Of a stretch of 64,000 nucleotides of DNA, positions 36,285-45,027 are shown in pieces. Positions within the stretch are counted from its first letter, which is position 1. Every line of letters starts with the position of its first letter. The position numbers were made by a program, and so were the translations under genes. Origin of the DNA: a virus. Its lineage: Duplodnaviria > Caudoviricetes. The notes beneath the pieces were generated by a model. The model made no database searches, was not told the origin of the DNA, and worked only from the letters and a program-made list of their open reading frames with translations. Location of the stretch: IMG/VR virus record IMGVR_UViG_3300025924_000001, positions 32,001-96,000 of that record, one strand, 5' to 3'.

Positions 36285-36740
36285 ATGAGCGATGACCAAC
36301 TGAGGCTCGGCACCCGCATCAGGGTCAATGACACAAACCGTCTCGAGAGCCTGCACGGTCTCAAGGGAACGATCGTCGCCACGCAGCCTGGTGGCTCGTA
36401 CCTCGCGTGGATCGACGAGGAGGCTGAGGTGTTCGACTTCAACCGAGGCGAGATCGACGTCCACGTCGAGCCGACGGTCGTGCGGATCCGGAGTCGCGAT
36501 CGGCTGCTCGAGCTGAAGGCTCAGCTGGGCGTCCGGGACGACTGGCACGAGCCGAGCGAGCGGCTCGTGACCGCCGAGGTTCGAGGCAAGTGCTTCGACA
36601 ACGCCGGCACTTGGGGCCGGAGCGACCTTCGTGGGAAGAGCCACGAGGAGGTGCACATCGTGCTTCGTCAGGACGGCGACGAGGTCGCGATCGTCAACCT
36701 CGCGACCCTGTTCGCGTTCGCGACGGGCTACGAGGGATGA
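36285..36740 (+). CDS. Hypothetical protein
   Basis: GAGGA RBS, 151 aa. Confidence 0.65.
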   Translation: MSDDQLRLGTRIRVNDTNRLESLHGLKGTIVATQPGGSYLAWIDEEAEVFDFNRGEIDVHVEPTVVRIRSRDRLLELKAQLGVRDDWHEPSERLVTAEVRGKCFDNAGTWGRSDLRGKSHEEVHIVLRQDGDEVAIVNLATLFAFATGYEG

Positions 36741-36979
36741 GGCGTGGCGTCGCGATCCTGGACTGCGGCCGGAAGGCCGTGACGGTCACGTCGACCGGCG
36801 GCGTCTACGAGGGAACCTGGTCGGGGGCCTTCTCCCGAGACAAGGCGATCAACCTGATCGCGAGCGCCGGCTGGCGCGAGGCTCCCGGTGAGGACTGGAC
36901 GGTGTCACCGGCGGACAACGGGTTCAGCCTCAACGTAATCCACGACCTGGTCTTGGTCGCGGTTCGGCGAGGTCGATGA
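36737..36979 (+). CDS. Hypothetical protein
   Basis: ATGA overlap. Confidence 0.55.
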   Translation: MRRGVAILDCGRKAVTVTSTGGVYEGTWSGAFSRDKAINLIASAGWREAPGEDWTVSPADNGFSLNVIHDLVLVAVRRGR

Positions 36980-37163
36980 GGAAGAGGGGAGGTTGGGGCG
37001 CGCGCCCTGACCTCCCCTCTCGCCGTCGAGAAGCAGAGCGATGATCATCGTCAGGAAGACGACCAGCATCGTCAGCACCCACTCAACCGCGCCCACCCGA
37101 CACGTCCCCCGCTCGTTCCAGCTTCCTCAACCGTGATCAAGCTTAGCGGGTGGCTGGGCTCAA

Positions 37164-37805
37164 TCACCACCGGGGCTTGGACCGCACCCGGTTGACCTCC
37201 TGAAGGACGGCGAGCGGCTGGGTGAGGTCCCGACTGGTGTCGAAGAGGTCCTGCCAGCAGCCGGCGCCGAACCCCACCGCGACCGCGTTCAGCAGGCTGA
37301 TCCGTCGCTCCTCGTCGAGGTGGACCCACTCGACGTGCGACTTGTCGGGGTCGTAGACGACGTTCACGGCTCCCGAGTCGCCGATGGAGATCTCGACGTC
37401 GTGCCGCTCATCGACGACCGTCTCGACGTGGTACTCCTGAAGGAGCTCGTGGTCGAGGAGACCGTCGCTTACGTGGGTGATCCGGTAGGGCAGCTGCTCG
37501 GGGTCGGTCGCGCTGGCGCAGACGATGAGGAACCCCACGTCGCGCTGGTCGCTCTCGACGTTGACCGCGACCGCGAGGTGCGGCGCGCCCACGAGGTGGC
37601 TCACCTCGGTCGCGGGAACGGTCACGACCGCGGTGAGGTCACCCGCGTCGTCGAGGCTGAGGGCGGCCTCGCCCACGAGCTCGTCCCACAGGGTCTTGAC
37701 GGGAACGGACGGCTGGGGGATCGCAACGCCGCCGGCGAGGTTGGCCGTGCGGTCGGCGTGCTCACCCCGCAGGGCGACGCCGCGAAGGGTCAGGTAGTCG
37801 GTCAC
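37164..37805 (-). CDS. Hypothetical protein
   Basis: 213 aa, GTGA overlap. Confidence 0.55.
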   Translation of the reverse strand: MTDYLTLRGVALRGEHADRTANLAGGVAIPQPSVPVKTLWDELVGEAALSLDDAGDLTAVVTVPATEVSHLVGAPHLAVAVNVESDQRDVGFLIVCASATDPEQLPYRITHVSDGLLDHELLQEYHVETVVDERHDVEISIGDSGAVNVVYDPDKSHVEWVHLDEERRISLLNAVAVGFGAGCWQDLFDTSRDLTQPLAVLQEVNRVRSKPRW

Positions 37806-38233
37806 GAGAGCCTCACGTGGATGTCGGTGTCGGGGTCGCAGTGGTAGGCGGCGCAGATGCGGTGGTAGCCCTCGACGATGGTCGGGGGTCGGCCGCGGAG
37901 GACGAGCACGGGGCTGAGCTTGACGCCGTTAGCGATCTGACTGAGCTCGCCGGTGACGTGGGGGTCCTCGCGCTTGAGGATCGGCAGGCTCGCGGCGCGC
38001 AGCAGGTCCACCGTTTTCCACGTGCGCGTGGCGCACGGCTCGAGAAGACCGCCGAGAACGAGCGCCGCCACGTCGTCATCCATCAGAAGCGCGAGGAACT
38101 TTCGCGCCGCGAGAACCGCGTCCTTGGTCGGTTCAGCTCGCCAGCGAGGGAGCCGGGAGGTGAGGGGGTCAGGGACCCGTCGCGCGGTCCGGCTCTCGCG
38201 CTTAACCACGGTTTCGTCGCTCGCCGAGCTCAA
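37802..38233 (-). CDS. ParB/Srx-like small protein
   Basis: LSPVLVLRG...IVEGYHRICAA; start uncertain. Confidence 0.55.
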   Translation of the reverse strand: MSSASDETVVKRESRTARRVPDPLTSRLPRWRAEPTKDAVLAARKFLALLMDDDVAALVLGGLLEPCATRTWKTVDLLRAASLPILKREDPHVTGELSQIANGVKLSPVLVLRGRPPTIVEGYHRICAAYHCDPDTDIHVRLS

Positions 38234-38387
38234 CGAGGTAGGTGATCGCCTGTCGCTCCGTCCAGCCGCCCTTCATCAGGGCCGTGAGGATCTCGTGCAT
38301 CGCGATCGCGTCCGACACCAGCTTCGACACCTCACCAGTCTCGAAGCCACTGAGGTCGTCCGGGATCTCATCGCGGTTCTCAGGCAC
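38202..38387 (-). CDS. Hypothetical protein
   Basis: GGGAGG RBS; AMHEILTALMKGGWTERQAI. Confidence 0.55.
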   Translation of the reverse strand: MPENRDEIPDDLSGFETGEVSKLVSDAIAMHEILTALMKGGWTERQAITYLVELGERRNRG

Positions 38388-39042
38388 CAGCCGCCTCCCT
38401 CGCGGGTCGCCGACGGCCCTTGCCGCGGTTGGGGTAGGCGGTGAGGACGTCCGCGTTGAAGAGGTCGCGGGGCTCGACGTTGAGGAGCGCGCAGGCGCGG
38501 GTCACGAGGGACTCTGCCGGCAGGCAGCCGCCGTAGGCCCACGCGATGTAGTTCCCCTGGTTGAAGCCGTCGACGGGCAGGTTGAGCGCGTTGGCTTCCT
38601 CCGTGAAGCGGCGCGCGGTGTAGCCGCGGTCGCGCACGAGCTCGCGGATCGGCTGCCAGCCCCACTTCGTGCGGTTCGGGTTGGGCGCGCGGTGACCGGT
38701 GCGGTGCGGTGAGAGCTCGGTCTCCACCCACGCGACGAACCGGGAACGCTCGGGGTCACCGTTGAGGCTCGCGAGCTGGCGGACGCCATCGGTGGTCAGC
38801 AACACGGAGCGCTCGAGGTTGCCGCCGTCATAGATGGCGAGCTCGACCCGCTCCTCGGTGCTGACGGTGTCGAGCTCCTCGGTGGTCGCGCCGATCGCGA
38901 GGCAGGCGTCGATCGCGTGAACGAGAACCCGTCCCGAGCTCTCGTTCGACGGGTCGACAGCGACGTACCGCACGGACAGCAGGTTGAGGGGGTAGTTGGC
39001 GGTGAGGCTGGTGGGCGGTGGCTGAGACATCTCGTCATTCAT
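38380..39042 (-). CDS. BRO-N-like + C-terminal HTH regulator
   Basis: LLTTDGVRQL...RFVAWV (BRO-N-like); RACALLNVEPRDLF (XRE-like). Confidence 0.6.
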   Translation of the reverse strand: MNDEMSQPPPTSLTANYPLNLLSVRYVAVDPSNESSGRVLVHAIDACLAIGATTEELDTVSTEERVELAIYDGGNLERSVLLTTDGVRQLASLNGDPERSRFVAWVETELSPHRTGHRAPNPNRTKWGWQPIRELVRDRGYTARRFTEEANALNLPVDGFNQGNYIAWAYGGCLPAESLVTRACALLNVEPRDLFNADVLTAYPNRGKGRRRPAREAAGA

Positions 39043-39100
39043 GGTGGTACCCTACCAGTGATGCGAGGTTGATGACAACGGTGTTCATCCAAGTTTGTTG

Positions 39101-39129
39101 TTTACATCTCACCCCACGGGTGGTACGGT
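39101..39129 (+). promoter_or_regulatory. Promoter TTTACA-N17-TACGGT
   Basis: Exact copy of the motif at 35921-35949. Confidence 0.7.
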
Positions 39130-39166
39130 ACTTCCAGGAACGAGGAACCACGGAAGGGAGCCCCAG

Positions 39167-39532
39167 GTGAGCAACAGGGCAGAGCGCACCCGCCTCCGGA
39201 AGCTGCGACGGCTCCAGGAGCAGGCCAACCGCCGCGCGAACCGCACGCACCGGCTGACTCACAGCGGCCGCCCGCAGGCGGCGCGGATCTGGCTCGAGGA
39301 GGTCGGCGTCTCCAGCGAGACCGCGAAGCGGTTCGCGTCGGCGTTCTCGCTCGGCGTTCAGCCGACCGAGATCGGCACGACCGAGATCAAGACGCACCCT
39401 CACTCCCGCTTCACCAAGACCGTGCCGGTGAAGAGGTACGATCGCACCACGTTTCTCGCGCGGCTGCGCCAGTACCGACCCAAGGACCCGACCGCGGCGA
39501 GCGAGTTCGACCGCGCCGCAGCTGCCTACTAG
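39167..39532 (+). CDS. Hypothetical basic protein
   Basis: GGGAG RBS after promoter. Confidence 0.6.
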   Translation: MSNRAERTRLRKLRRLQEQANRRANRTHRLTHSGRPQAARIWLEEVGVSSETAKRFASAFSLGVQPTEIGTTEIKTHPHSRFTKTVPVKRYDRTTFLARLRQYRPKDPTAASEFDRAAAAY

Positions 39533-39675
39533 ATAAGGAGCGTCGACGATGCCGACCGCGCTGAGCGCCAAGCTGAAGAAGCTGAAGACCGACGGGATGT
39601 CCCGGGTGGGACGCCGCCGGGGAACGAAGAGCGTGCGCCACGGGCGCACCAAGGTCAACGCGAAGAAGCGCTGAC

Positions 39676-40152
39676 GTGAGCCAGAACGCGAGCGCCGACC
39701 TCGTGTTCGGGGTGCCGCTCGGCGGCAGCGACGAGGGCTGGCTGCTGACCGGGCCCAAGGACCGGTGGGGTGAGGTTCGGCTCGAGGCCGAGCACCTGCC
39801 GTGGCTCACCCCCGCCGAGGCTGAGGAGTTCGACAACCTCGGCTACGGCGAGATCCTCGAGCTCGGTCTCGCGCACCTCGCGACCCTGACGAGCCCCACC
39901 TCCGGGGACCCGCTGAGCCTGGGTCTCACGGTTCACTACCACGGCTACGAGCTCAACTCGTTCGCCCTCGTGCTCCGGGAACCGCAGTACAACGTGTCGT
40001 GGGGCGGCACGACCCACGTCGACTACCAGCTGCTTCGGGACACGAGGCACCTCGGCGCCCACCACCTGCTGTTCGCGGAGGCCTTCGCGGCCCTCAACCT
40101 CCAGCCCGAGGACCCCGAGCCGCGGTGGTTCATGACCTGCGAGTACTGCTAG
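39676..40152 (+). CDS. Hypothetical protein
   Basis: 158 aa, typical codon usage. Confidence 0.6.
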   Translation: MSQNASADLVFGVPLGGSDEGWLLTGPKDRWGEVRLEAEHLPWLTPAEAEEFDNLGYGEILELGLAHLATLTSPTSGDPLSLGLTVHYHGYELNSFALVLREPQYNVSWGGTTHVDYQLLRDTRHLGAHHLLFAEAFAALNLQPEDPEPRWFMTCEYC

Positions 40153-40160
40153 GAGGCAGC

Positions 40161-40430
40161 GTGCCCCGACCCCGCCACCACGCCGTTCGCCACACCGAGC
40201 TTCCCGCCTGGTGGCGAAAGGCGAGCCGGGTGAAGACCGACTACGAGGTTCAGGTGGAGCCGCCCGACGGCCCCTGGCGCCCGGTCAAGCGCAAGCAGCA
40301 CGACCGGGATCACGGGATCGTGCTGTTCACGTTCGAGGACGACACGCAGCTGCGCGTCGCCAGCGAGGACAAGATCATGGCTCGGCGCATCGCGCCCGAG
40401 ACCGCACCCGAGGAAGGACCCGAGGAATGA
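40161..40430 (+). CDS. Hypothetical protein
   Basis: AGGAGG RBS. Confidence 0.55.
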   Translation: MPRPRHHAVRHTELPAWWRKASRVKTDYEVQVEPPDGPWRPVKRKQHDRDHGIVLFTFEDDTQLRVASEDKIMARRIAPETAPEEGPEE

Positions 40431-41029
40431 AGCTGACCCGCCGCCAGCGCACGCTGGCGATCCTGACCGCGGTGGGCGTCCTGCCCATCGCCCTGATGGC
40501 CGATTCGTGCGGCTCGAGCACCGCGCAGAACAAGTCGCAGGCCGTCATCGACCAGGCGTCCCAGGCCGCGCAGGACGCGGTGCCGTACCCGCTGGACGCG
40601 ATGAAGCGCAGCGGTTGGACCGAGCGCAAGCTGCTCACCGAGAACTTGCTGCGCGAGACCGACCCGAACGCCATCCACTACGTCTACTGGTTGACCATGG
40701 ACGGCCGGTTGATCGCTCAGTACACGATCAAGGGCAAGGTCTTCGACCCGAACTCGCAGCTGACCAACACGCAGTCGATCACCTACGCGACGACCAGCTC
40801 CACGCCCGAGGTTGTGGACGCCCCCGGCGACAACGGCACGTGGGGTCCCGAGCCGTTCTGCTACGGCTTCTTCCTGACCTCCGGCGCGGAGAAGAAGCTG
40901 CCGTGCCAGGGGCTCGTCGAGGACTCGGACACGCCGGAGACCTTCAGCACCCCGCCGATCCTGACCTACGACGTCAACCAGAAGTCGCCGATCGACAAGG
41001 GCAACCTGGCTGGAATGGGTGGTCACTGA
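40427..41029 (+). CDS. Putative lipoprotein
   Basis: MKLTRRQR, hydrophobic stretch, ADSC lipobox-like Cys. Confidence 0.6.
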   Translation: MKLTRRQRTLAILTAVGVLPIALMADSCGSSTAQNKSQAVIDQASQAAQDAVPYPLDAMKRSGWTERKLLTENLLRETDPNAIHYVYWLTMDGRLIAQYTIKGKVFDPNSQLTNTQSITYATTSSTPEVVDAPGDNGTWGPEPFCYGFFLTSGAEKKLPCQGLVEDSDTPETFSTPPILTYDVNQKSPIDKGNLAGMGGH

Positions 41030-41508
41030 TGAACGACGACTTCGCCGAGCGGCACCCGGTCGCGTACGTGCTGACGTGGGTGTTCAGCATCATCTTCGTC
41101 GTGTTCGTGATCGCCGCGGTGATCATGGGTATCAAGACCAGCTTCTCGTACTGGTGGGGCCAGCAGGGCGCGCAGCAGGAGAAGAACTCGTCGTCGAACT
41201 GGACGTCGGCGCAGGTCTCGTTCCACCGACAGGCGAACGACTACGACGGCTACCTCAAGAAGATCGCGCAGGCCAGGCAGGCCCTCGCCGACTTCGACAA
41301 GCTGCACCCGAACCTCGCCGGCGAGGACGGCCTCGTGGGGATGCAGGACACGCAGGCCCGACAGTCCCTGACGGTCAACCTGACCGGCGTCCAGCAGCAG
41401 TGCGTCAACACCGTCAACGACTACAACACGGCGTCGGAGGGCTTCCTGACCGCGGACTGGAAGGACGCCGACCTGCCGTCCCGGCTCGACGCGAGCGCCT
41501 GCGGCTGA
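41029..41508 (+). CDS. Single-pass membrane protein with coiled coil
   Basis: TGATG overlap; N-terminal TM; C...VNDYN motif. Confidence 0.6.
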   Translation: MNDDFAERHPVAYVLTWVFSIIFVVFVIAAVIMGIKTSFSYWWGQQGAQQEKNSSSNWTSAQVSFHRQANDYDGYLKKIAQARQALADFDKLHPNLAGEDGLVGMQDTQARQSLTVNLTGVQQQCVNTVNDYNTASEGFLTADWKDADLPSRLDASACG

Positions 41509-41926
41509 GGGAGGTTGACGTGCCTGATCAGCTGCGATTCGTGTCGGTGCAGCCGAACACGTGGACGGTGGTGACGGAGGTGGGCGTCGAGGTGATGCAC
41601 GACAGCTCCCAGATCGAGAACGCCCACGTGCTCTACGACTCCCTTCACCTTCCCACGACGCTGACCCGAGAGGGGTACCGAACGCCCTCCTGGTACGTCC
41701 GGGCGGTGGGGTCGTGAGCCCCTGGAAGTGGTGCCTGCGGCGAATGAAGCGGATCGCGGCAGCTCTTCGTGACGAGCGAGCGCACAACCGGCACCTCGCG
41801 CGAACCAACGAGAAGCTGACCAGTCAGAACGATACCCTCCGGTTGAAGCTGATCGACCTGGGGATCAACCCCAACGAGGTTGACGACCCCGACGACCGAG
41901 AGAGACCGATCTAGACACCTACCACG

Positions 41927-41959
41927 ACGAGGGGCGGGCCCGAGCGGCCCGCCCCTCGT
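41927..41959 (+). terminator. Hairpin terminator
   Basis: ACGAGGGGCGGGCC / GGCCCGCCCCTCGT. Confidence 0.65.
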
Positions 41960-42027
41960 TGTATCTCTGCAAGTTAATGTGATATTGTAAACTCCTATCG
42001 GAACGGAAGCGAGGAAGGAGAGAACCC

Positions 42028-43272
42028 GTGAACCTGTCCGACCTGGAGGCCATCCTGGGCGTCCTCAACCCGTGGCTGATCGGCCTCGCGTACGGCGCGC
42101 TGGGACTGCTCGCGCTGTGGTTCATCCGCTCCACGGTGAGGTCGCTCGCGGCGTGGACGCACCGTGCGCGCTCGGTCGAGACCACGGTCGCCGGCACCCG
42201 GGTGTTCTACGTCGCGGCCCTCGCCGGCATGCTCGTGTCCCTGAACACGAGCTGGAACTACTTCGGCTCGGTGCTCGGCGTGATTGACGTCGTGGAGCGC
42301 GGCGTCATGTTCTTCGTGCTCGAGCTCGCGCAGGTTGCCTGCGGCTGGGGGATGCGTTCCTCCATCCGCGAGCACGGCAAGCCCGGCCCGGCTCGACTGA
42401 TCGCGTGGTTCCTCTGCGCGATCTCCGCGTACATGGCGTGGAGCCTGAGCGGCGTCTGGGTCGGCGTCGCGCGAGTGGTGCTCGGACCCGTCCTGAGCCT
42501 CGTGATGCTTCACCTCGCCCTGGGCATCGAGATCCGCAGCCTGCGGGTCAAGACCGACTCAGTCTGGGTCCGCGTCGCTCGAGAGCTGCGGGAGCGCCTG
42601 CTCGCGTTCCTGGGGTTGAGCGACGAGGAGCGTGACGCGAGGACGATCGCTCGTCAGCGAGCCCTCCTGAAGGCGACCCGCATCCGCATGACCGGTGACG
42701 GCTCGGAGCGGTCGCAGCGACGCTTCATCGAGCAGCTCGCGCGCGCGGACGTCGCGAACGACGCCGAGGCGCTCGAGAGCTTCGTCAACTCGATGAAGCT
42801 CGCGGCGAACGCGAGTGCGGTGTTTGACCTGCGGTACCCGATGCCATTTCAGGTGACACCTGATGGTGCCAACGAGGTGGACGTGGCACCTGACACTGAC
42901 ACTGACACTGACACCGAGGAAGTGACACCCACCGAGGTTGACACCGAGGAAGTGGCACCTGACACCTGGCTATCGGGTGACACTGACACTGACACTGACA
43001 CTGACACTGACACTGACACTGACACTGACACTGACACTGACACTGACACTGACACTGACACTGACACTGACACTGGCAAAGTGCCGACGGCACCGGTGTC
43101 ACTGGCACCTCGAAGTGGCAGGGCTCAGGCTGAGGTCGACACCATCCTCGAGCTGATTCGAGACCAGGGCGTGGACGCGATCTCCATCGAGGTCGTCAAG
43201 ACGAAGCTTGGTCTCAAGCACTCAACCGCGGCGCGTCGCCTTCGCGCCGCGAGGGATCAGCTGGCATCCTGA
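42028..43272 (+). CDS. Multi-TM protein with (DT)n linker and C-terminal HTH (DUF2637/Spd-like)
   Basis: About five hydrophobic segments, acidic repeat, ISIEVVKTKLGLKHSTAARRLRAAR. Confidence 0.65.
   Translation: MNLSDLEAILGVLNPWLIGLAYGALGLLALWFIRSTVRSLAAWTHRARSVETTVAGTRVFYVAALAGMLVSLNTSWNYFGSVLGVIDVVERGVMFFVLELAQVACGWGMRSSIREHGKPGPARLIAWFLCAISAYMAWSLSGVWVGVARVVLGPVLSLVMLHLALGIEIRSLRVKTDSVWVRVARELRERLLAFLGLSDEERDARTIARQRALLKATRIRMTGDGSERSQRRFIEQLARADVANDAEALESFVNSMKLAANASAVFDLRYPMPFQVTPDGANEVDVAPDTDTDTDTEEVTPTEVDTEEVAPDTWLSGDTDTDTDTDTDTDTDTDTDTDTDTDTDTDTDTGKVPTAPVSLAPRSGRAQAEVDTILELIRDQGVDAISIEVVKTKLGLKHSTAARRLRAARDQLAS
42979..43074. repeat. (GACACT)16 perfect hexamer tandem repeat
   Basis: Counted directly. 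Confidence 0.95.
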
Positions 43273-43277
43273 CACCG

Positions 43278-43312
43278 GGTGCCACCTGCCACGATCAGTG
43301 GCAGGTGGCACC
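43278..43312. terminator. Hairpin built from TGCCA/TGGCA motifs
   Basis: GGTGCCACCTGCCAC / GTGGCAGGTGGCACC. Confidence 0.6.
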
Positions 43313-43383
43313 TCAGCGCGTGGCACCGACGACGTGACTTCCACCTTCATCAGTTGATGTGATATGGTGGTACCACCGAGGAG

Positions 43384-44952
43384 GTGATGACGGTGAGCGA
43401 GGAGCTCGAGAACGACGAGACGAGGGTGTTCGCGACCGCGGCCCCGGTTGAGGCGTCTGACCTGGTCGAGGACTCGACCGCCTCAATCAAGGAGCCTGCG
43501 ACCGCGTCCCAAGAGACCGGGATCGACAGGCCACCGGGTCCCGCGACGACCGTCAAGGCTCGGTCGAGCGCCGGTCGCCCCACGTGGCACCTGTCCCTGA
43601 CGCTGGGCCTGGTGATCGCCCTGGTCGGCGGCATCCTGCTGTGGATGCAGTCACCGGAGCTGGCCCTGCTGGTCGCCGGCGGCCTGATCATCCTGGTTGG
43701 TCTCGCGCTCGCCCTGTGGTACCTCTTCGGTTCCGGTACGCTGAGCCGTCGGGGTGCCACGGCTCGGCGAGATGCCAACCGCGGTGGCACGCCGGGTGCC
43801 AACCGCGGTGGCAGTGCCAGTGACACCGGTCGAGGTAGTGCCAACCGCCGTGGCAGTGCCAACCGTGAGGATGGCACCAGCCGACGGCGACGCGGTGACA
43901 CCGGTGATCGCGGTGACACCCGATCGCGGCGACCGGGACGCGGTGACACCGACCGTGGTGCCACGGGTGCCAACCGGCGTGCCAATCGAGATGGCACTAC
44001 CAACCGGGGTGCCAACGGCAATCGGAACGGTGCCAACTCAGGTGCCAACGGTAATCGGAACGGCGGTGGCAAACCGGCGGCACCGGGTGCCACGAGGCCG
44101 AGCCAGCCGGCCGGTGGCAAGCCGCCGACAGACCGGAAGCCGAACGCGAACGGCGGTCGGCAACCCCTCGTCGGCGACCAGGCGGCGAGTCGGCCCGACC
44201 GTCTCACGGCGGCTGACCGGCGAGCTCAGCGGCGGCGAGCCGCCGGGTACCCGCAGTCCAGGGTCATCACGTGCGGCGGTCGGCCTCCGCTGGCCGCCGT
44301 GAAGACGACCAAGAAGACGGATGAGACGGCCGACGCTGATAAGAAGCGGGTAAGGTTGAAGCCTCTGCGGTGGCGCAGTCGGTCCGGTAAGCTGCCGGTC
44401 CCGAAGCCGCCGCGAGCGACGACGACGAGCGCCCCACCCAAGGCGGCACCGGTGAGACCGACGACGACGACGAAGCCCCAGGTCAAGCCCGACGAGAGGG
44501 TTGAGTGGCCGAACGTGGACCACGACCAGGTGGCGAGCCAGCCGCCGCCGCGGATCACCGTCCCCCGTCGAGCGGTGAGGCTTGAGCCGCGGTACCACGG
44601 TCGCGCGGGTGAGCCGAACTGGCCGACGACCGACCCCGACCGACCGACACCGACACCGAGCATTCCCGACCAACGGAACAGGAGAGGTACCGTGAGCAAC
44701 CCCGATCTGCTGACCCGGGCCGCCCGGGAGCAGCACTTCAGCGACTCCGCGACCGCCGCGGTGAGCGCCGCACAGGCGAAGGACACCCAGGCGAACCAGC
44801 TACTGGCCCTGGCCGGCGAGCTGGATGGCGTGGAGGGCATGGAGCGGGTTCAGGAGGAGCACTACCGGGCCGCGGCCGCGGCCGCGCACGACGCGGAGGT
44901 TCGCCGGGGGAAGGCCGCGATCTACGGCTTCCTGAGCGAAAACCCCGCCTGA
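43384..44952 (+). CDS. Two-TM protein with long low-complexity region (plasmid transfer/spread-like)
   Basis: Two TM segments, ANR/GDT repeats, helical C-terminus. Confidence 0.6.
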   Translation: MMTVSEELENDETRVFATAAPVEASDLVEDSTASIKEPATASQETGIDRPPGPATTVKARSSAGRPTWHLSLTLGLVIALVGGILLWMQSPELALLVAGGLIILVGLALALWYLFGSGTLSRRGATARRDANRGGTPGANRGGSASDTGRGSANRRGSANREDGTSRRRRGDTGDRGDTRSRRPGRGDTDRGATGANRRANRDGTTNRGANGNRNGANSGANGNRNGGGKPAAPGATRPSQPAGGKPPTDRKPNANGGRQPLVGDQAASRPDRLTAADRRAQRRRAAGYPQSRVITCGGRPPLAAVKTTKKTDETADADKKRVRLKPLRWRSRSGKLPVPKPPRATTTSAPPKAAPVRPTTTTKPQVKPDERVEWPNVDHDQVASQPPPRITVPRRAVRLEPRYHGRAGEPNWPTTDPDRPTPTPSIPDQRNRRGTVSNPDLLTRAAREQHFSDSATAAVSAAQAKDTQANQLLALAGELDGVEGMERVQEEHYRAAAAAAHDAEVRRGKAAIYGFLSENPA

Positions 44953-44962
44953 TTTCACCCTC

Positions 44963-44997
44963 GCTCGACCCCCGACCAGGTAGGTCGGGGGTCGAGC
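44963..44997. terminator. Hairpin
   Basis: GCTCGACCCCCGACC / GGTCGGGGGTCGAGC. Confidence 0.6.
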
Positions 44998-45027
44998 CCG
45001 TTCCGGAACGAGGAAGAGGAACCGATC

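Noticed and set aside
42785-43156. (CQ)n, (SV)n and (TL)n ORFs
   Set aside because: Alternative frames of the GACACT repeat.
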